64,000 nt of DNA from a virus. The notes under the pieces were generated by a model. The model worked only from the letters and a program-made list of their open reading frames with translations. It made no database searches and was not told where the DNA came from. Below, piece after piece: positions 1-11,031 of the stretch (position 1 is the stretch's first letter; every line of letters begins with the position of its first letter). The stretch is from positions 27,482 to 91,481 of IMG/VR virus record IMGVR_UViG_3300027769_000918; one strand, written 5' to 3'. A program made the position numbers and the translations under genes.

Positions 1-118
1 ACACAGCTCCAGCTAGATACGATGTTAAAAATCTTTTACCAAATTTAGTTAAAAGGTTGGAGTTTCGGCATATCTCTTTGCCGTTCTCATAAAAGACGTA
101 TTCTCCTGTTATATGCAT
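1..118 (-). CDS. minor tail protein, 5' part only (runs off the window)
   Basis: ATG at 118 directly after the stop of the upstream gene; reads MHITGEYVFYENGKEICRNSNLLTKFGKRFLTSYLAG; lies downstream of the tail hub. Confidence 0.6.
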   Translation of the reverse strand, partial: MHITGEYVFYENGKEICRNSNLLTKFGKRFLTSYLAGAV

Positions 119-119
119 T

Positions 120-467
120 TTATCCTCCCTTTCCATAAACACCAATTACTCCATCGCCGACATGGTTTTTAACATTAAAAATAAATCTTGCTTGCGGTAC
201 ACCCTTTTGATCATAATATATTTCTGACTTTACTAAAGTTATATCTTCTAGGTTTGGCGCCGCTAATTTTGTTTTTTCTTTATCATCATCTTCATCATCT
301 TCACCTATTATTGGTGAAAATGTGAACTTGCTGTTTGGAAGGCTGCCGCCTGGTGTATCGTCAAAATCATATGTAAATGGATTAATGATGTCCACATGCT
401 CTTTTTTAAGAACCTTTACAAGAGGATCATCTTCAAATAATTTTAACTTAGGGTTATTTTTTGCCAT
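120..467 (-). CDS. hypothetical tail-region protein
   Basis: 115 aa ORF in the tail operon; TGGTAGAAT extended -10 at 474-482 ends 7 nt before the ATG. Confidence 0.6.
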   Translation of the reverse strand: MAKNNPKLKLFEDDPLVKVLKKEHVDIINPFTYDFDDTPGGSLPNSKFTFSPIIGEDDEDDDKEKTKLAAPNLEDITLVKSEIYYDQKGVPQARFIFNVKNHVGDGVIGVYGKGG

Positions 468-484
468 GTTAACATTCTACCATT

Positions 485-3400
485 TCAATTGACATAAATC
501 GACCTACACAAAAGCTTTGTTGATGGGCCATTTACCCAGTCATGATTGATGTCTAATACTACGTATTTGCCAGCCGTGAATCCCGCTGGGATTGAGGTAT
601 CTTCTGAAGAATATAGACTTGCAATTGGGTATGATACTTCAACCACATCTCCTATTTGAATAAGTGGATTTGGAACTATTTCCATTTCCAAGATACTCTG
701 CTGTTTTGACCACTGAGTTTTCATCCAGTCTGATAGGGCTTTTGCCTCTGATTCTTTTTGTATCCAATTTGAATCAAATGCAAATTGCTCTTCCTTGTCT
801 ATTGCTGTTAGGGTAGGATCTAAATATTCATATGGGTCTGACTTAACAATGCTGTCTCCAATAACTTTAAAAAACTTTGTTTCTCCGTCGCTTAACATTG
901 TATATGTGCCTGAGTTGTTCATTACAAATGCTTCCATGCTGAACGAGTCTATGTTTGACCCTACTATAGTAGCATACGGATTTAAAGTAATTACTGGATA
1001 TCTTGGTATGGCTGGAGTGTTATCCCCAGATGTTATTCTTGAAGATATCTTTATTATTTCTCTTGCCACTGGACCAAATTCTTCCATGTACCCTATGTCT
1101 TCTACTACAGAGCCTTTAGACATAACAAAATTAGAAAACTGTTTTACCAAAAATGAATTCTGTCCTAGGTAGTTTTTATATGGGTTGTACAATTCTTTAG
1201 TTATAAATTCTGAATCTGATATTGGAGACGTGTACATATAGTCATATCTGGCTGTTCCTAATCCAGAAACTAAGCCTGCTCTATTTGTTATTGGGAGGGG
1301 AGACTTATCAATAGCAATAATTTCTGTATTATCTATCATTAATTTAATAGACATAAAGGCCTCATTTGTACTAGAGAGAGACTTATTTGCTTTTACCTGA
1401 ATGCTATACATTTTCCCGCCCTGAATGCTTTGAAATTGATTTGCATCAGTTTGTGTGTCTTGCAATACGGTTGCAACACCATTTACAACTTTAATAACCT
1501 TAACACATCTTTCTTTTAAATCTCTTGCAACCGCACTTTGGGGTGGCTCAACATGAACAATGTACCCAGTTGTATGTGCTTCATTAAGGCAAAATGCTAT
1601 ACCTCCAACACATATCTGGTTCCCGCTTACTGTTCCATCTGAGTTTCTTGCTAGAGGAAAGTACATGCTTGTGCTTACAACAAAGTTGTCGTAGCCTGAT
1701 CTTAATGTTTTTGCTGTTGTGCTAGATATTGTGTATTTAGTTGGAGAAGATGATGTTGGAGTTGCCGTAACTAAAGAATTGACTGTTAGCATTGACCTTG
1801 GAGCTTTTAGTTGGCTTGCATCAGAAGACTCTAGCGATATGAGGCTGTTATTTAATGTTGAAGTTTTTGCATCTTTATCATAAACATATGTGGTCCATCT
1901 TGATTTTATGGCAGCAAGATTAACTTCATGATTTGCTGGGGCGGACAAAAGCCCAAAAGCATTTCTTGTTTTAATTCTAAACTCACCTGTTGGCTTAAAT
2001 GTTCCTGGCTGAGAAAGACCTTGATATTTTGCAATATCAACATCAGATGTAATCCATTGTTCTGCAGTGTTTGACTGTCCAACTAGTTGATATATATACT
2101 TTATAGCATCATACTCAATAATTTCTTTGTTTACTAAAAGATAACCTGACTTTTGATAAAATACATGGTCTACTGCTGACTCATATACTGAAACTGGCTC
2201 AGTAAATATTGATCCTCCTGCACCAGTCGATGCGCCTAGATCTTTAATTAATGCGGCTGCACCAAGTTTAATTATTCCAGACTCGTAAACTGGATCTGCA
2301 GAAAAGTTATATTGAGAAGTTAGCTGTGGAGTATATCTTACTTTAATTGCTTTTGCTGAAGGCACTGTTGTTTTTTTAAGATTTACAATGTTTGGAAGAT
2401 TCTCTCCTATTTTTTCGTATCTAAATTTAAAAGAAGACGCTTTGTTTGAAAAGATATACTCTCTTGTATAAAATTGCAAAACATCATATTCGTCAAAGAC
2501 TGCAATCATTTGTGTGTCATTGCATATGTCTTGTATGTGCTGCCACATTGTTTTTGTGCTATCTGTATAATAAAATAATGGAGTTACTGTTGAAGAGTCT
2601 GTTCCAGTAGAGTTAAAGTTATAATTGGTAAATCCTACGCTATCAAGAAGTCTTCTAATTATTGCTTGAGAAGAGTAGTCTCTCATCAAAATATCTGGAG
2701 CCATTATTTTTTGAAGATAGCCTGCACCATCAAGAGCGGTTATGCTTACATCTCCATGTTCTGTTATTGAAAAATCTTCTGTTCCATAAAAAACTCCATA
2801 GGGGATTGAGTCTGAATTTTGAATTTTAATAAATGGTTCAATTATAATATTTTTATAAAGATTAATTTTATTTTTATCAAATGAGAATGTTTTATCATAC
2901 GCAAGACCTGTTCTATCATAGCAATTTAAATCTAATGATAAAGAGTTTGCTGTCACCATTCCAACTGGAGTTATGCCATCAGAAGAATTAGAGGACTGTT
3001 TTCTAACATCAAATGTAACCACTCTGTCTGATACATCTTTTACATACTTGGCAGCTATTTCAATTACCCCAATATACTCATTAGCAACACTTACTGATGT
3101 AACCTCAACCTTAATCTCAGAAATTCCTATTGGCTCTGATGGACTTGCAAACTTTGTTGTGCTCCAAGATGTTCCGTTGTAGTACAAATTAACTACACCA
3201 TTATCTGGAACAGCAGCATTTGTAGATATTGTTGATTCAACGCCTGATAAGTTTTTAATCTTTACTGTCCATGCAGTGGGCTTGCTATGTGATGTTTCAA
3301 ATTTAATTACAATTTTATTTGATGCTGCAGTTTTTGCTGCAGGATAAGATACGGTTAATAGACATCCCGATAAGGAGTTCCCTAAAGCTCTTTTGCTAAC

Positions 3401-3739
3401 CCAGTATTTATATTGAACTTTATCCCCTGGATAGTATAGTCTGTATGATTGATTTGTTGATGTTGAATATACTGTAGGGTATTGATTAATCTGAGAATTC
3501 ATAATAAAATATTTTATTCCCGCCGTTTTAGGGCGGCGTGGATCAATAATTGTTTTTACTGGGAAAAGCTTTTGAAATGGAAGCGAGTCTCCCGTAGAAG
3601 TTGTAACGTCTGTTGAGCTTGTAATAGAGCATCCATCAATTAGCTCATTCATATTATACTCAATCCAGCAGCCTGGTACCGATGTATACGATACTGATTT
3701 GTTTATAGCATCAAGTGCCGTAGTGTATCCAGATAACAT
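485..3739 (-). CDS. tail hub / baseplate-tip protein
   Basis: 1084 aa, follows the distal tail gene; C-terminal 'NPLIQIGDVVEV...YVVLDINH' resembles siphovirus hub proteins. Confidence 0.7.
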   Translation of the reverse strand: MLSGYTTALDAINKSVSYTSVPGCWIEYNMNELIDGCSITSSTDVTTSTGDSLPFQKLFPVKTIIDPRRPKTAGIKYFIMNSQINQYPTVYSTSTNQSYRLYYPGDKVQYKYWVSKRALGNSLSGCLLTVSYPAAKTAASNKIVIKFETSHSKPTAWTVKIKNLSGVESTISTNAAVPDNGVVNLYYNGTSWSTTKFASPSEPIGISEIKVEVTSVSVANEYIGVIEIAAKYVKDVSDRVVTFDVRKQSSNSSDGITPVGMVTANSLSLDLNCYDRTGLAYDKTFSFDKNKINLYKNIIIEPFIKIQNSDSIPYGVFYGTEDFSITEHGDVSITALDGAGYLQKIMAPDILMRDYSSQAIIRRLLDSVGFTNYNFNSTGTDSSTVTPLFYYTDSTKTMWQHIQDICNDTQMIAVFDEYDVLQFYTREYIFSNKASSFKFRYEKIGENLPNIVNLKKTTVPSAKAIKVRYTPQLTSQYNFSADPVYESGIIKLGAAALIKDLGASTGAGGSIFTEPVSVYESAVDHVFYQKSGYLLVNKEIIEYDAIKYIYQLVGQSNTAEQWITSDVDIAKYQGLSQPGTFKPTGEFRIKTRNAFGLLSAPANHEVNLAAIKSRWTTYVYDKDAKTSTLNNSLISLESSDASQLKAPRSMLTVNSLVTATPTSSSPTKYTISSTTAKTLRSGYDNFVVSTSMYFPLARNSDGTVSGNQICVGGIAFCLNEAHTTGYIVHVEPPQSAVARDLKERCVKVIKVVNGVATVLQDTQTDANQFQSIQGGKMYSIQVKANKSLSSTNEAFMSIKLMIDNTEIIAIDKSPLPITNRAGLVSGLGTARYDYMYTSPISDSEFITKELYNPYKNYLGQNSFLVKQFSNFVMSKGSVVEDIGYMEEFGPVAREIIKISSRITSGDNTPAIPRYPVITLNPYATIVGSNIDSFSMEAFVMNNSGTYTMLSDGETKFFKVIGDSIVKSDPYEYLDPTLTAIDKEEQFAFDSNWIQKESEAKALSDWMKTQWSKQQSILEMEIVPNPLIQIGDVVEVSYPIASLYSSEDTSIPAGFTAGKYVVLDINHDWVNGPSTKLLCRSIYVN

Positions 3740-4197
3740 TATACCTCTTCCAGGCCGATACTAACATCCCAAAATTCTTGTGGAGCATCAGAAGTTTTTT
3801 CTCTAACATTTCTCTTTACAAGAGTGTGACTACAATTTGTAAAAACAACTGTAACAATTTCATCTCTTGCGGAAACTGCATTGTATGATATTTTAATCTT
3901 AAATGATCCCGTTCCTTTGTTTGAATAAAATGATTTAAGATCTACTGCTCCGTATCCATTATCTAATGTCATTGTGCTGTAAGAGGGAAGCATTGTCCAT
4001 GAAGTGCTTATGGTTTTTTTGTCTGCAGTAAACTGTTTACGCATTGTTCCATTTGCCATTCTTTGTTGCTTCTCAATTCTATTTGTATCAATGCTAATTG
4101 GTTCACGATTATGCTCAGTTAATTTTGTCCAAACTGGGGTGTCATTTGTTGAAGTGTCTATGTAAAGAACTGAGCCAACTGGTAGCGTGACTGCCAT
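3739..4197 (-). CDS. distal tail (Dit-like) minor tail protein
   Basis: 152 aa directly after the tape measure; 'RMANGTMRK...KKTISTSWTMLP' motif typical of post-tape-measure proteins. Confidence 0.7.
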   Translation of the reverse strand: MAVTLPVGSVLYIDTSTNDTPVWTKLTEHNREPISIDTNRIEKQQRMANGTMRKQFTADKKTISTSWTMLPSYSTMTLDNGYGAVDLKSFYSNKGTGSFKIKISYNAVSARDEIVTVVFTNCSHTLVKRNVREKTSDAPQEFWDVSIGLEEV

Positions 4198-7100
4198 TAG
4201 ATTAACCTACTTTCGCCAGATTGTGATTTAATTAATTTAGCATCTTTTCCAATTGCTTGAACAGTTGCTTGTGTAACTTTTCTAATAAATGCATCTGCAT
4301 CTTCACCTGGAGCCTGATTAAATGTCTGATAGACAATTGTTGATTCGCTGCTTGAGGATCCTGGAAGTAGTCCAGTTAATGCCTTTGCTCCTGCAGGAAT
4401 ATTAAAACTTGGGCTTGCAAATGGAATACTAGAAAGATTTGGAATAACCATATTATTATACAATAATTCTGGGCCCATGTCACCAACAATAGTAGGAATC
4501 TTTGGATCAATGTCCATTAATCCTTTTCCAGCTTTTATCGCTGGCATGGTCCATCCACCTGGAGCATTCCAGTTTGCACCATTTCTATTTACAGAAAGAA
4601 CCCATTTTGTTCCATTGCTATCTGTAAATGTATTTTTTGATTTGTCTGCAGAAGCAGTATTTGCTTCTGTAAGATTTTTAAATTGCGGTGGTCTTGTTCC
4701 CGCTAATGGTTTAGTTATAGTTCTTCCTCCTGCACCATTTGTAGTAACAGTTGGAAGATTTCCGTTTGCTCCGCCCTTAAATGCTTTATCTAATATTGTT
4801 GCTAAGTTTTTATCTCCAACAATAAATGTGTCAGTTGTAAATGCTTTGCTTGACATTGCCGCTGCTGTGGCTGCAGGATTTGTTGCTGGCACCCATCCAC
4901 CTTTTCCTGGATATGCTCCGTTGGCAGCTGGAAGATTTGCACCTGCAGCTTTTGTTGGAGAAACTAAACCAGCAGATAGGTACTTTCCTAATTCTGTTTT
5001 TAAGAAATCCGTCTCGGTCATGCCTGGGTTTTCTGTTTTCCATTTAGCTAAGTTTAACTGGTATGCTGATTGAGCATTATTTAAACCATCAATTGTTCCA
5101 ATTAGTCCTGCAATCTTCTTATCAAGCGAAGCTAGGCCTGTCCCTGCAAGTGCTGCAGCATCTGCAAGCTTTTCATTAGCACTTTGTATTTTTTTAATTT
5201 CTGCAAGTGGTCCTGCATTTGCTTTATCTGCCGCAGCTTGAATTGCTCTAGTTTGCCCAAGATTCTGTATGTTGTTAACAGCGCCTTCATATCTTAATCT
5301 AGCCTGTGCTGCTTGTGCTGTATTCCCTGTAGACTCTGCAAATTGAAGTTCAAGTCTTGCAGATTCCATTTCACGATTAAGATCTGCATCTTCTTTTGCG
5401 GCGTTTAATGCTTTTATTCTTGCGTCAGCAAGCTTATTTGTTTTATCAATTTGATCTTGAAGCTCTTTTAGTCTCTTCTTAGAATCTATTTGAGCCTGTA
5501 CACTTTGTCCAGCGGCCTTCTTTGCAAGGTCATCTCTTTGTTTTTTAAGAGCACCTAAATCTTTATATTCCTGTTCAAGCAATCCACCCTTGCCTTTATT
5601 AGCAGCAATAACTTTTTCACTTATAATATTACCTATGTTGTAGAGTGCTGCAGTTTGCTCTGCATTTAATTTTGAAAGATCTCCAGCAAGACCCATTGCC
5701 TGCAATCTAAGCTTTTGCCATACGCTAACAACTGTATCTGATGTACTTGCAAGCTCTTTAATTGCTGGATTTGCTTTTGCCATTTCATTAATAGTATCTC
5801 TTGTAAGCTTAGTTTGTCTAAACTGGCTAGCATTTAAATAATCCATCATCTTAATTTCTGCTTGAATTTTACTTATAGCTTCAGTTTTATTGGTTTTGTC
5901 TTTTCTTGCGGCTTCTTCGCTCTTTCTAACAATCTCGTCTACGCCAGCGTCTATTGCAGTTAATGCTGTGTTTAATGCAGCAGCTTGCGCTTGAGCTTCT
6001 CCTAGCCTTGCTGCTGTATCAAATGACTTAAGAGAGCCTCCTGCTGCCGTTTTGGCATCTGTTATAGCATTAAAATCTTGGTTTCCAACTGTTGATGCTG
6101 CAGCCATTCCTGCATTTTTTGAAAGAGACATCATTGCATAAATTTTCTTAGTTGCATCTTCTGCAGACATTCCAGCAGCCATTAGTTGTGTTTTTAATCT
6201 TACAGCAACATCGCCTAACTCAGCTTTCTTTGTTGAATTAATTAATTTGATTTGCTCAGAGAATGCACTTTTAACTTCATCTTTTAATTTTTTATATTCA
6301 GTAATAGTCATCTTAATTGGAATACCAGCCTGTGTCATACTTTCGTATGCAAGCTTGTTTGCCTCCATTAAGTCTTTTGATCTTTGAATGCTATCTTTAA
6401 TTTTTTGATTATAGTCTGTGTATTTAAGTCCAGCTTTTTGTGCCGCTTCTGCTGTAAGGCCAAAACCTAATGCATTTAGCTTTAAATTTTCTTGATGCTT
6501 TTTCCATGCAGTATATCCAACTGTTAATGCAGTTGTAACTCCAGTTATAGCTAATCCTAGAGGTGTGACAGAAGCAAGAACTCTTCCAAATATTGGGCCA
6601 AGCTTTGACATAACTGCGCCAGCTGAAGATCCAGCCTTGCCCATTGCCATAAGGTTTCCTGATGTCTGAGCTAATGGCTTAACTGTAGATGTTGCACCTT
6701 GTGGTAGTTTGCTAGTTATGCCTCTTGTCATTCCACTCATTGCACCCATTGGCAGTAAGAATGGAAGTATATTTGATACGTTAGATATTGCAGCTCCTGG
6801 AGTTCCGCCAACTTTATTTCCCAGCATATTTCCAAGAATTGGAATTCCCATTGCAGCTAATAATCCTGCGACTAATCCTCCGCCTGCATATCCTTTAACT
6901 GGCCCGCCGTCTGCATAACCATCAAGAACCATTCCTCCATTAGCATATCCTTGTGGTCCACCCTTACCAACATATCCGCCAGTTGCGTAGCCTCTTCTCC
7001 ACTTCTTAGTAAGCATTGCGCTATTGTAGTCTGTAGAAACACGCTTTCTTCCAACTGGCATAAATCTTCCAAGCCAGTTGCTTCCTTCTTCCCTTATGGA

Positions 7101-10100
7101 TTTTTTAAACATTTTTGTTCCGCCAGTTGTTATTGATTGTTTTGACCCGTCATATCCTGTAACAACAGCTGTTGTTTTTCCTTTTTTACCTGAAGCTGAT
7201 GTAGGGCTTGTATAGATAAATGGCTTATCCCCAGAAGCGGCCTTTGCTTCTGCTGCATTCATTGTAGGAGGTTTTTGGCCATCTGTGTACTGATCAAAAC
7301 TATGTGGTCTAAAACCTGAAGGAGTATTTGCTAAAATCATAGCTTGTCTAAATCCAGGTCTTAACTCGGCTGGTAAAGAACGCATTGTATCTTTTCTTGC
7401 CCAGTCGTATACCTGAGCAAGGGTGTCATCATGATAAACTCTTCCATCCTGCAATCCCTTTGCAGCATCAAGTAGTCTTCTCTTAAATAACATTTGTGTT
7501 TGCTTATCCATTGGTGGAAGATATTTAAACAGCTTTGAGTTTCTAGCTGCAAGCGCTCTTATTAACTCTGATTTTGTAAGACCTCTTTTGCCCATTCTAA
7601 GAGCTTGGTTTTCTTCGTTATAAAGTCCTAGCTTGTTTGAATCTATAACATCAACCTTATGATCTGGTAAAGCTTTTGCAAAAGATTCAGTTCCTTTTGG
7701 AAGATGTGGACCAAAATCTGAAAGCAATTCATGTGCCCTATACTCCATTGGCATGCTTGCATGAGCGCCAACTGTTTTGCTTGATGAGCTAATTCCTAAA
7801 TCATTTAACTTGTCTAATAGTGGTACTCCAAGCTTATCTACAGCGGATTTTCTTAATACATATTCTCCCTCTGTAAGCCATGCTGGAACTGTATCTGTGC
7901 CACTTGGGCCTCCGCCTGCCATATAAACAGGTCCGCCAGTTGCCATTCTTTTTGGCATAGTTGTTGCTATGCTATATGGCGCACCGTATGTTTTTACACC
8001 TAAACCTTGAGCAATTCTATTAAGAAGACCTCTTGTTCTTCCTGGACGAGAAAGCTCTTTCATATTTGATTTTCCAGCGCCGTCTACAACTGGTTGGTTT
8101 AGCAGTGGAACGGAAGTTAAATTAATACTTCTTCCTTGTTGTCCTGCAATATCAACTGCAGCGCCAGCTATCATGCTTTCAACCTGTGCATTAAGAGCCA
8201 TAATTTTTGCTCTTGCTTGGTCAACCTGAATTTTACCAGCTTGCATTTCTGCAACAATTGCTGCAGATTGTTTTGCAGCATTTGCAGTTAAGTTTGTCAT
8301 TGTTGGAAGTAGTGCTTCATAAGAATCAGAAAGTTCTCTAGTAATTAAACCAGTTCTTGAAACTTCTGTCTTTAATGCTTTAATTTCTGTTTCTGATTGC
8401 ATTGCTAATGCACCAGTCATTGCATGCCACTTTGCTGCTTCTTCTGCAACAACTCCAGTCGACACTCCCTTTATAGAAGTTAGTCCTTCAACCGCAGGGA
8501 GATCTCCAGACATATACATCTGTGGATTGTTGCTAATTTTTTGATTTACTCTAGGAGCTCCTGGGACAACTCCAAAAATTGTTTGAGCAGCTCTTTGTTC
8601 TGCTGTCATTCCAGCTACAGGATTCATGTGTGACATTGAGCGTGTATCTGTTGGGCTTAATAGTGGATGATTTGGATTTACCTGTCTTCCGCCGCCAGCA
8701 ACAAGATTTCCAGCCATTGTAGTAAATGCTGGTGCTACCGATATTGCTCCTGATTTTGCTTTTTGTTCAAGTATTGTAAATTCAGCAATCAGACCATCTA
8801 TTGCATTTTTAAGAACTGTTGCTGCTTTTGCATCGCTATAGAATGTAGCTTCTACAAGAGATCCCGCTTTTTGTGCTGCAAGAATTTCTGGAGTAAGCAT
8901 TTTCCAGCCTTCTCCACCTTTAAACAATGCTCTAAAGTGTGAGGCTCCCTTAATAATATATCCAAAGAAGTTTGCAAGCACACCAGTCAACATAATAATT
9001 GGTCCCATGACCGCAGTAAGTCCTGTAACAAATGTTAAAATTGTTTTTACTGGGCCAGGTAGGTTGTTAACAAATTTAACTACGCTATCTGTAACGTTAA
9101 TAAAAAATGTTTGTACTTTAAGAAATTCTTCTCCAATGCCAGCAAGGCTTGCTTTTAAAGACTCCACGGCTCTCTTGTACTTACCAGAAGCTGACTCTGT
9201 AACAAGACTTAATTCTCGGCTAGCTACATTTGCTAAGTCTTGTGAGCTTGCCTTCATTAAATCCATTACCTGTAATGTTTGGCTTCCTTGTTTTCCTAGA
9301 TTCTCAAACAAAGCATTCATTCTTGCAAATTGAAATTTACCAAATAGTTGCTCTATTGCTTGTTGCTTTTGAAGTGGATTTAAAGCATCAAGAGCAGACT
9401 GTAGCTCAAGAATCATTCCAGTTAGATCTCCAGCATTATCATTAACAATATTTTTAAGACTTATTCCCATACCTGCAAATTGTTCTTGTGCAACTTTTGT
9501 TGGGTTAATCAATGATGCAAGTGCTGACTTTAAAGCATTAGCGCCTTCTGATGCATTAATTCCGCCTTCTTTCATTGCCGTCATGTATAATGCTAAATCT
9601 TTTACGCTTCCACCAAGACCTTGTACTACTGGTCCTGCTTTTGGAATAGCTTCTATTAAATCTGCAAGGCTTGTTGATGTCTGGTTTTCAACCGAGTTAA
9701 GGAAGTTAATTGATTCAGATAATTGTTCTGTGTTTTGTTTAAATGCGGTTTGAATTGCAAGCGTTGCTTTCATTGCATCTTGTCTATCAACTTCACCAAG
9801 GACTGCAAGTCTTGTTGTTTCTTTTACGGAGTTAATAAGATCATTTCCAGTTTTTCCAGTTGCTGCTACATCCGCTGCAAGCTGAATTGTTTCTTTAAAT
9901 GATGTACCGTATGCTTTTGCTAATTCTCTTGCAGTTGAAGATACTTCGTTTCTAATTTTTGCAAGATCTGCGGAAGAGCTTGCAGCAACTCCTCCGTATA
10001 CTTTTGTAAGTCTTGTAAGCTCTGCATCTGCTTCTCTAAATGATTTTGCTGCTGCTGCGCCTAGTGCAACTAAAGGAACTGTAAGTCCTACTGTTAACTG

Positions 10101-10652
10101 GCGGCCAGCCCACTGAGTATTTTTACCCCAATTAATTAATTGAACTCCACCATCTTGAATAACCTTGTTCATGATCTGAAGCTCTTGTCTTGCAAGAGAA
10201 GTCTTATTTTTTACAGCATCTAGACCTTGAGGTATGTGAACATTGTATTGCATTAAGCCTTGAGCATTTTTGCCCAACGGCTGGATGATTGCATTTTGTA
10301 AAGCAACTTGCTGCTTAGCAAGATCTCTAATTAATCCGCCAGATGTTCTTGTGTGATCCTGAAATGTTCTAAAATAATCACGGAGTTTAAGTTTTCCAGT
10401 GTCTAGATTTCTTCCAAACTTCTCTACATCAGATGTTAGTGTTACAAAGTGCGTAGAGAATTGACCTGTTCTTCTTAGGTTTTCCGCAAAAGATCTGTTC
10501 ATAACTGCAACTTGATTTGCAAGTTTTGCATCAGATGCAATTATTTGTGCTTGTAATTTAGATAAAGAGGCTGATACCCTATTGACATCTGCAATAAGAT
10601 TTGAAAAATCTGCATTAGCAACTATATTGGTTACTATGTTCTCATCAGCCAT
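4197..10652 (-). CDS. tail tape measure protein
   Basis: 2151 aa, Ala-rich and helical; TP901-like TMP core, 'GPSGTDTVPAWLTEGEYV' and repeated Y/F-A-x-GG motifs; follows the tail chaperones. Confidence 0.95.
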   Translation of the reverse strand: MADENIVTNIVANADFSNLIADVNRVSASLSKLQAQIIASDAKLANQVAVMNRSFAENLRRTGQFSTHFVTLTSDVEKFGRNLDTGKLKLRDYFRTFQDHTRTSGGLIRDLAKQQVALQNAIIQPLGKNAQGLMQYNVHIPQGLDAVKNKTSLARQELQIMNKVIQDGGVQLINWGKNTQWAGRQLTVGLTVPLVALGAAAAKSFREADAELTRLTKVYGGVAASSSADLAKIRNEVSSTARELAKAYGTSFKETIQLAADVAATGKTGNDLINSVKETTRLAVLGEVDRQDAMKATLAIQTAFKQNTEQLSESINFLNSVENQTSTSLADLIEAIPKAGPVVQGLGGSVKDLALYMTAMKEGGINASEGANALKSALASLINPTKVAQEQFAGMGISLKNIVNDNAGDLTGMILELQSALDALNPLQKQQAIEQLFGKFQFARMNALFENLGKQGSQTLQVMDLMKASSQDLANVASRELSLVTESASGKYKRAVESLKASLAGIGEEFLKVQTFFINVTDSVVKFVNNLPGPVKTILTFVTGLTAVMGPIIMLTGVLANFFGYIIKGASHFRALFKGGEGWKMLTPEILAAQKAGSLVEATFYSDAKAATVLKNAIDGLIAEFTILEQKAKSGAISVAPAFTTMAGNLVAGGGRQVNPNHPLLSPTDTRSMSHMNPVAGMTAEQRAAQTIFGVVPGAPRVNQKISNNPQMYMSGDLPAVEGLTSIKGVSTGVVAEEAAKWHAMTGALAMQSETEIKALKTEVSRTGLITRELSDSYEALLPTMTNLTANAAKQSAAIVAEMQAGKIQVDQARAKIMALNAQVESMIAGAAVDIAGQQGRSINLTSVPLLNQPVVDGAGKSNMKELSRPGRTRGLLNRIAQGLGVKTYGAPYSIATTMPKRMATGGPVYMAGGGPSGTDTVPAWLTEGEYVLRKSAVDKLGVPLLDKLNDLGISSSSKTVGAHASMPMEYRAHELLSDFGPHLPKGTESFAKALPDHKVDVIDSNKLGLYNEENQALRMGKRGLTKSELIRALAARNSKLFKYLPPMDKQTQMLFKRRLLDAAKGLQDGRVYHDDTLAQVYDWARKDTMRSLPAELRPGFRQAMILANTPSGFRPHSFDQYTDGQKPPTMNAAEAKAASGDKPFIYTSPTSASGKKGKTTAVVTGYDGSKQSITTGGTKMFKKSIREEGSNWLGRFMPVGRKRVSTDYNSAMLTKKWRRGYATGGYVGKGGPQGYANGGMVLDGYADGGPVKGYAGGGLVAGLLAAMGIPILGNMLGNKVGGTPGAAISNVSNILPFLLPMGAMSGMTRGITSKLPQGATSTVKPLAQTSGNLMAMGKAGSSAGAVMSKLGPIFGRVLASVTPLGLAITGVTTALTVGYTAWKKHQENLKLNALGFGLTAEAAQKAGLKYTDYNQKIKDSIQRSKDLMEANKLAYESMTQAGIPIKMTITEYKKLKDEVKSAFSEQIKLINSTKKAELGDVAVRLKTQLMAAGMSAEDATKKIYAMMSLSKNAGMAAASTVGNQDFNAITDAKTAAGGSLKSFDTAARLGEAQAQAAALNTALTAIDAGVDEIVRKSEEAARKDKTNKTEAISKIQAEIKMMDYLNASQFRQTKLTRDTINEMAKANPAIKELASTSDTVVSVWQKLRLQAMGLAGDLSKLNAEQTAALYNIGNIISEKVIAANKGKGGLLEQEYKDLGALKKQRDDLAKKAAGQSVQAQIDSKKRLKELQDQIDKTNKLADARIKALNAAKEDADLNREMESARLELQFAESTGNTAQAAQARLRYEGAVNNIQNLGQTRAIQAAADKANAGPLAEIKKIQSANEKLADAAALAGTGLASLDKKIAGLIGTIDGLNNAQSAYQLNLAKWKTENPGMTETDFLKTELGKYLSAGLVSPTKAAGANLPAANGAYPGKGGWVPATNPAATAAAMSSKAFTTDTFIVGDKNLATILDKAFKGGANGNLPTVTTNGAGGRTITKPLAGTRPPQFKNLTEANTASADKSKNTFTDSNGTKWVLSVNRNGANWNAPGGWTMPAIKAGKGLMDIDPKIPTIVGDMGPELLYNNMVIPNLSSIPFASPSFNIPAGAKALTGLLPGSSSSESTIVYQTFNQAPGEDADAFIRKVTQATVQAIGKDAKLIKSQSGESRLI

Positions 10653-10662
10653 TTATCAGTAT

Positions 10663-11031
10663 TTACTCCTTAACATATCCTAATCCTGCTCCGATTCCGA
10701 ATCCTGCTTCTGCTGCAAATTCTCCTTGTAGTGAAACTACATCATCTGAACTTGCTGTTATTCCTAAAGCCCTTCTTCGAACATCTTCAAAGGTAGAACC
10801 GTTTTCTTTTTCTTCTTCGCCCTCTAAGTTTATACCTTTAAGTCCTGCAGTAAACTTTCTGCTTTCTGTTTCCTTTTTAGATATAGACTTTAGAGTTTGA
10901 ATAAGTTCTGGCATTGAAAGATTTGCTTCTAGCTCATCATAATTCCGCCAATGTCCTAGAAGAAAAACTTCTCCTTCTAAGGCAGCTAGATCTAGTTCAT
11001 CCCAGCTAGAACCGCCGCCTGAGTTAAATTT
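10663..11031 (-). CDS. tail assembly chaperone GT extension (-1 frameshift product)
   Basis: Frame stays open from the slippery site (KFNSGGGSSWDELDLAALEGEVFLLGHWRNYDELEANLSMPELIQ...) into the called 83 aa ORF. Confidence 0.8.
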   Translation of the reverse strand, partial: KFNSGGGSSWDELDLAALEGEVFLLGHWRNYDELEANLSMPELIQTLKSISKKETESRKFTAGLKGINLEGEEEKENGSTFEDVRRRALGITASSDDVVSLQGEFAAEAGFGIGAGLGYVKE

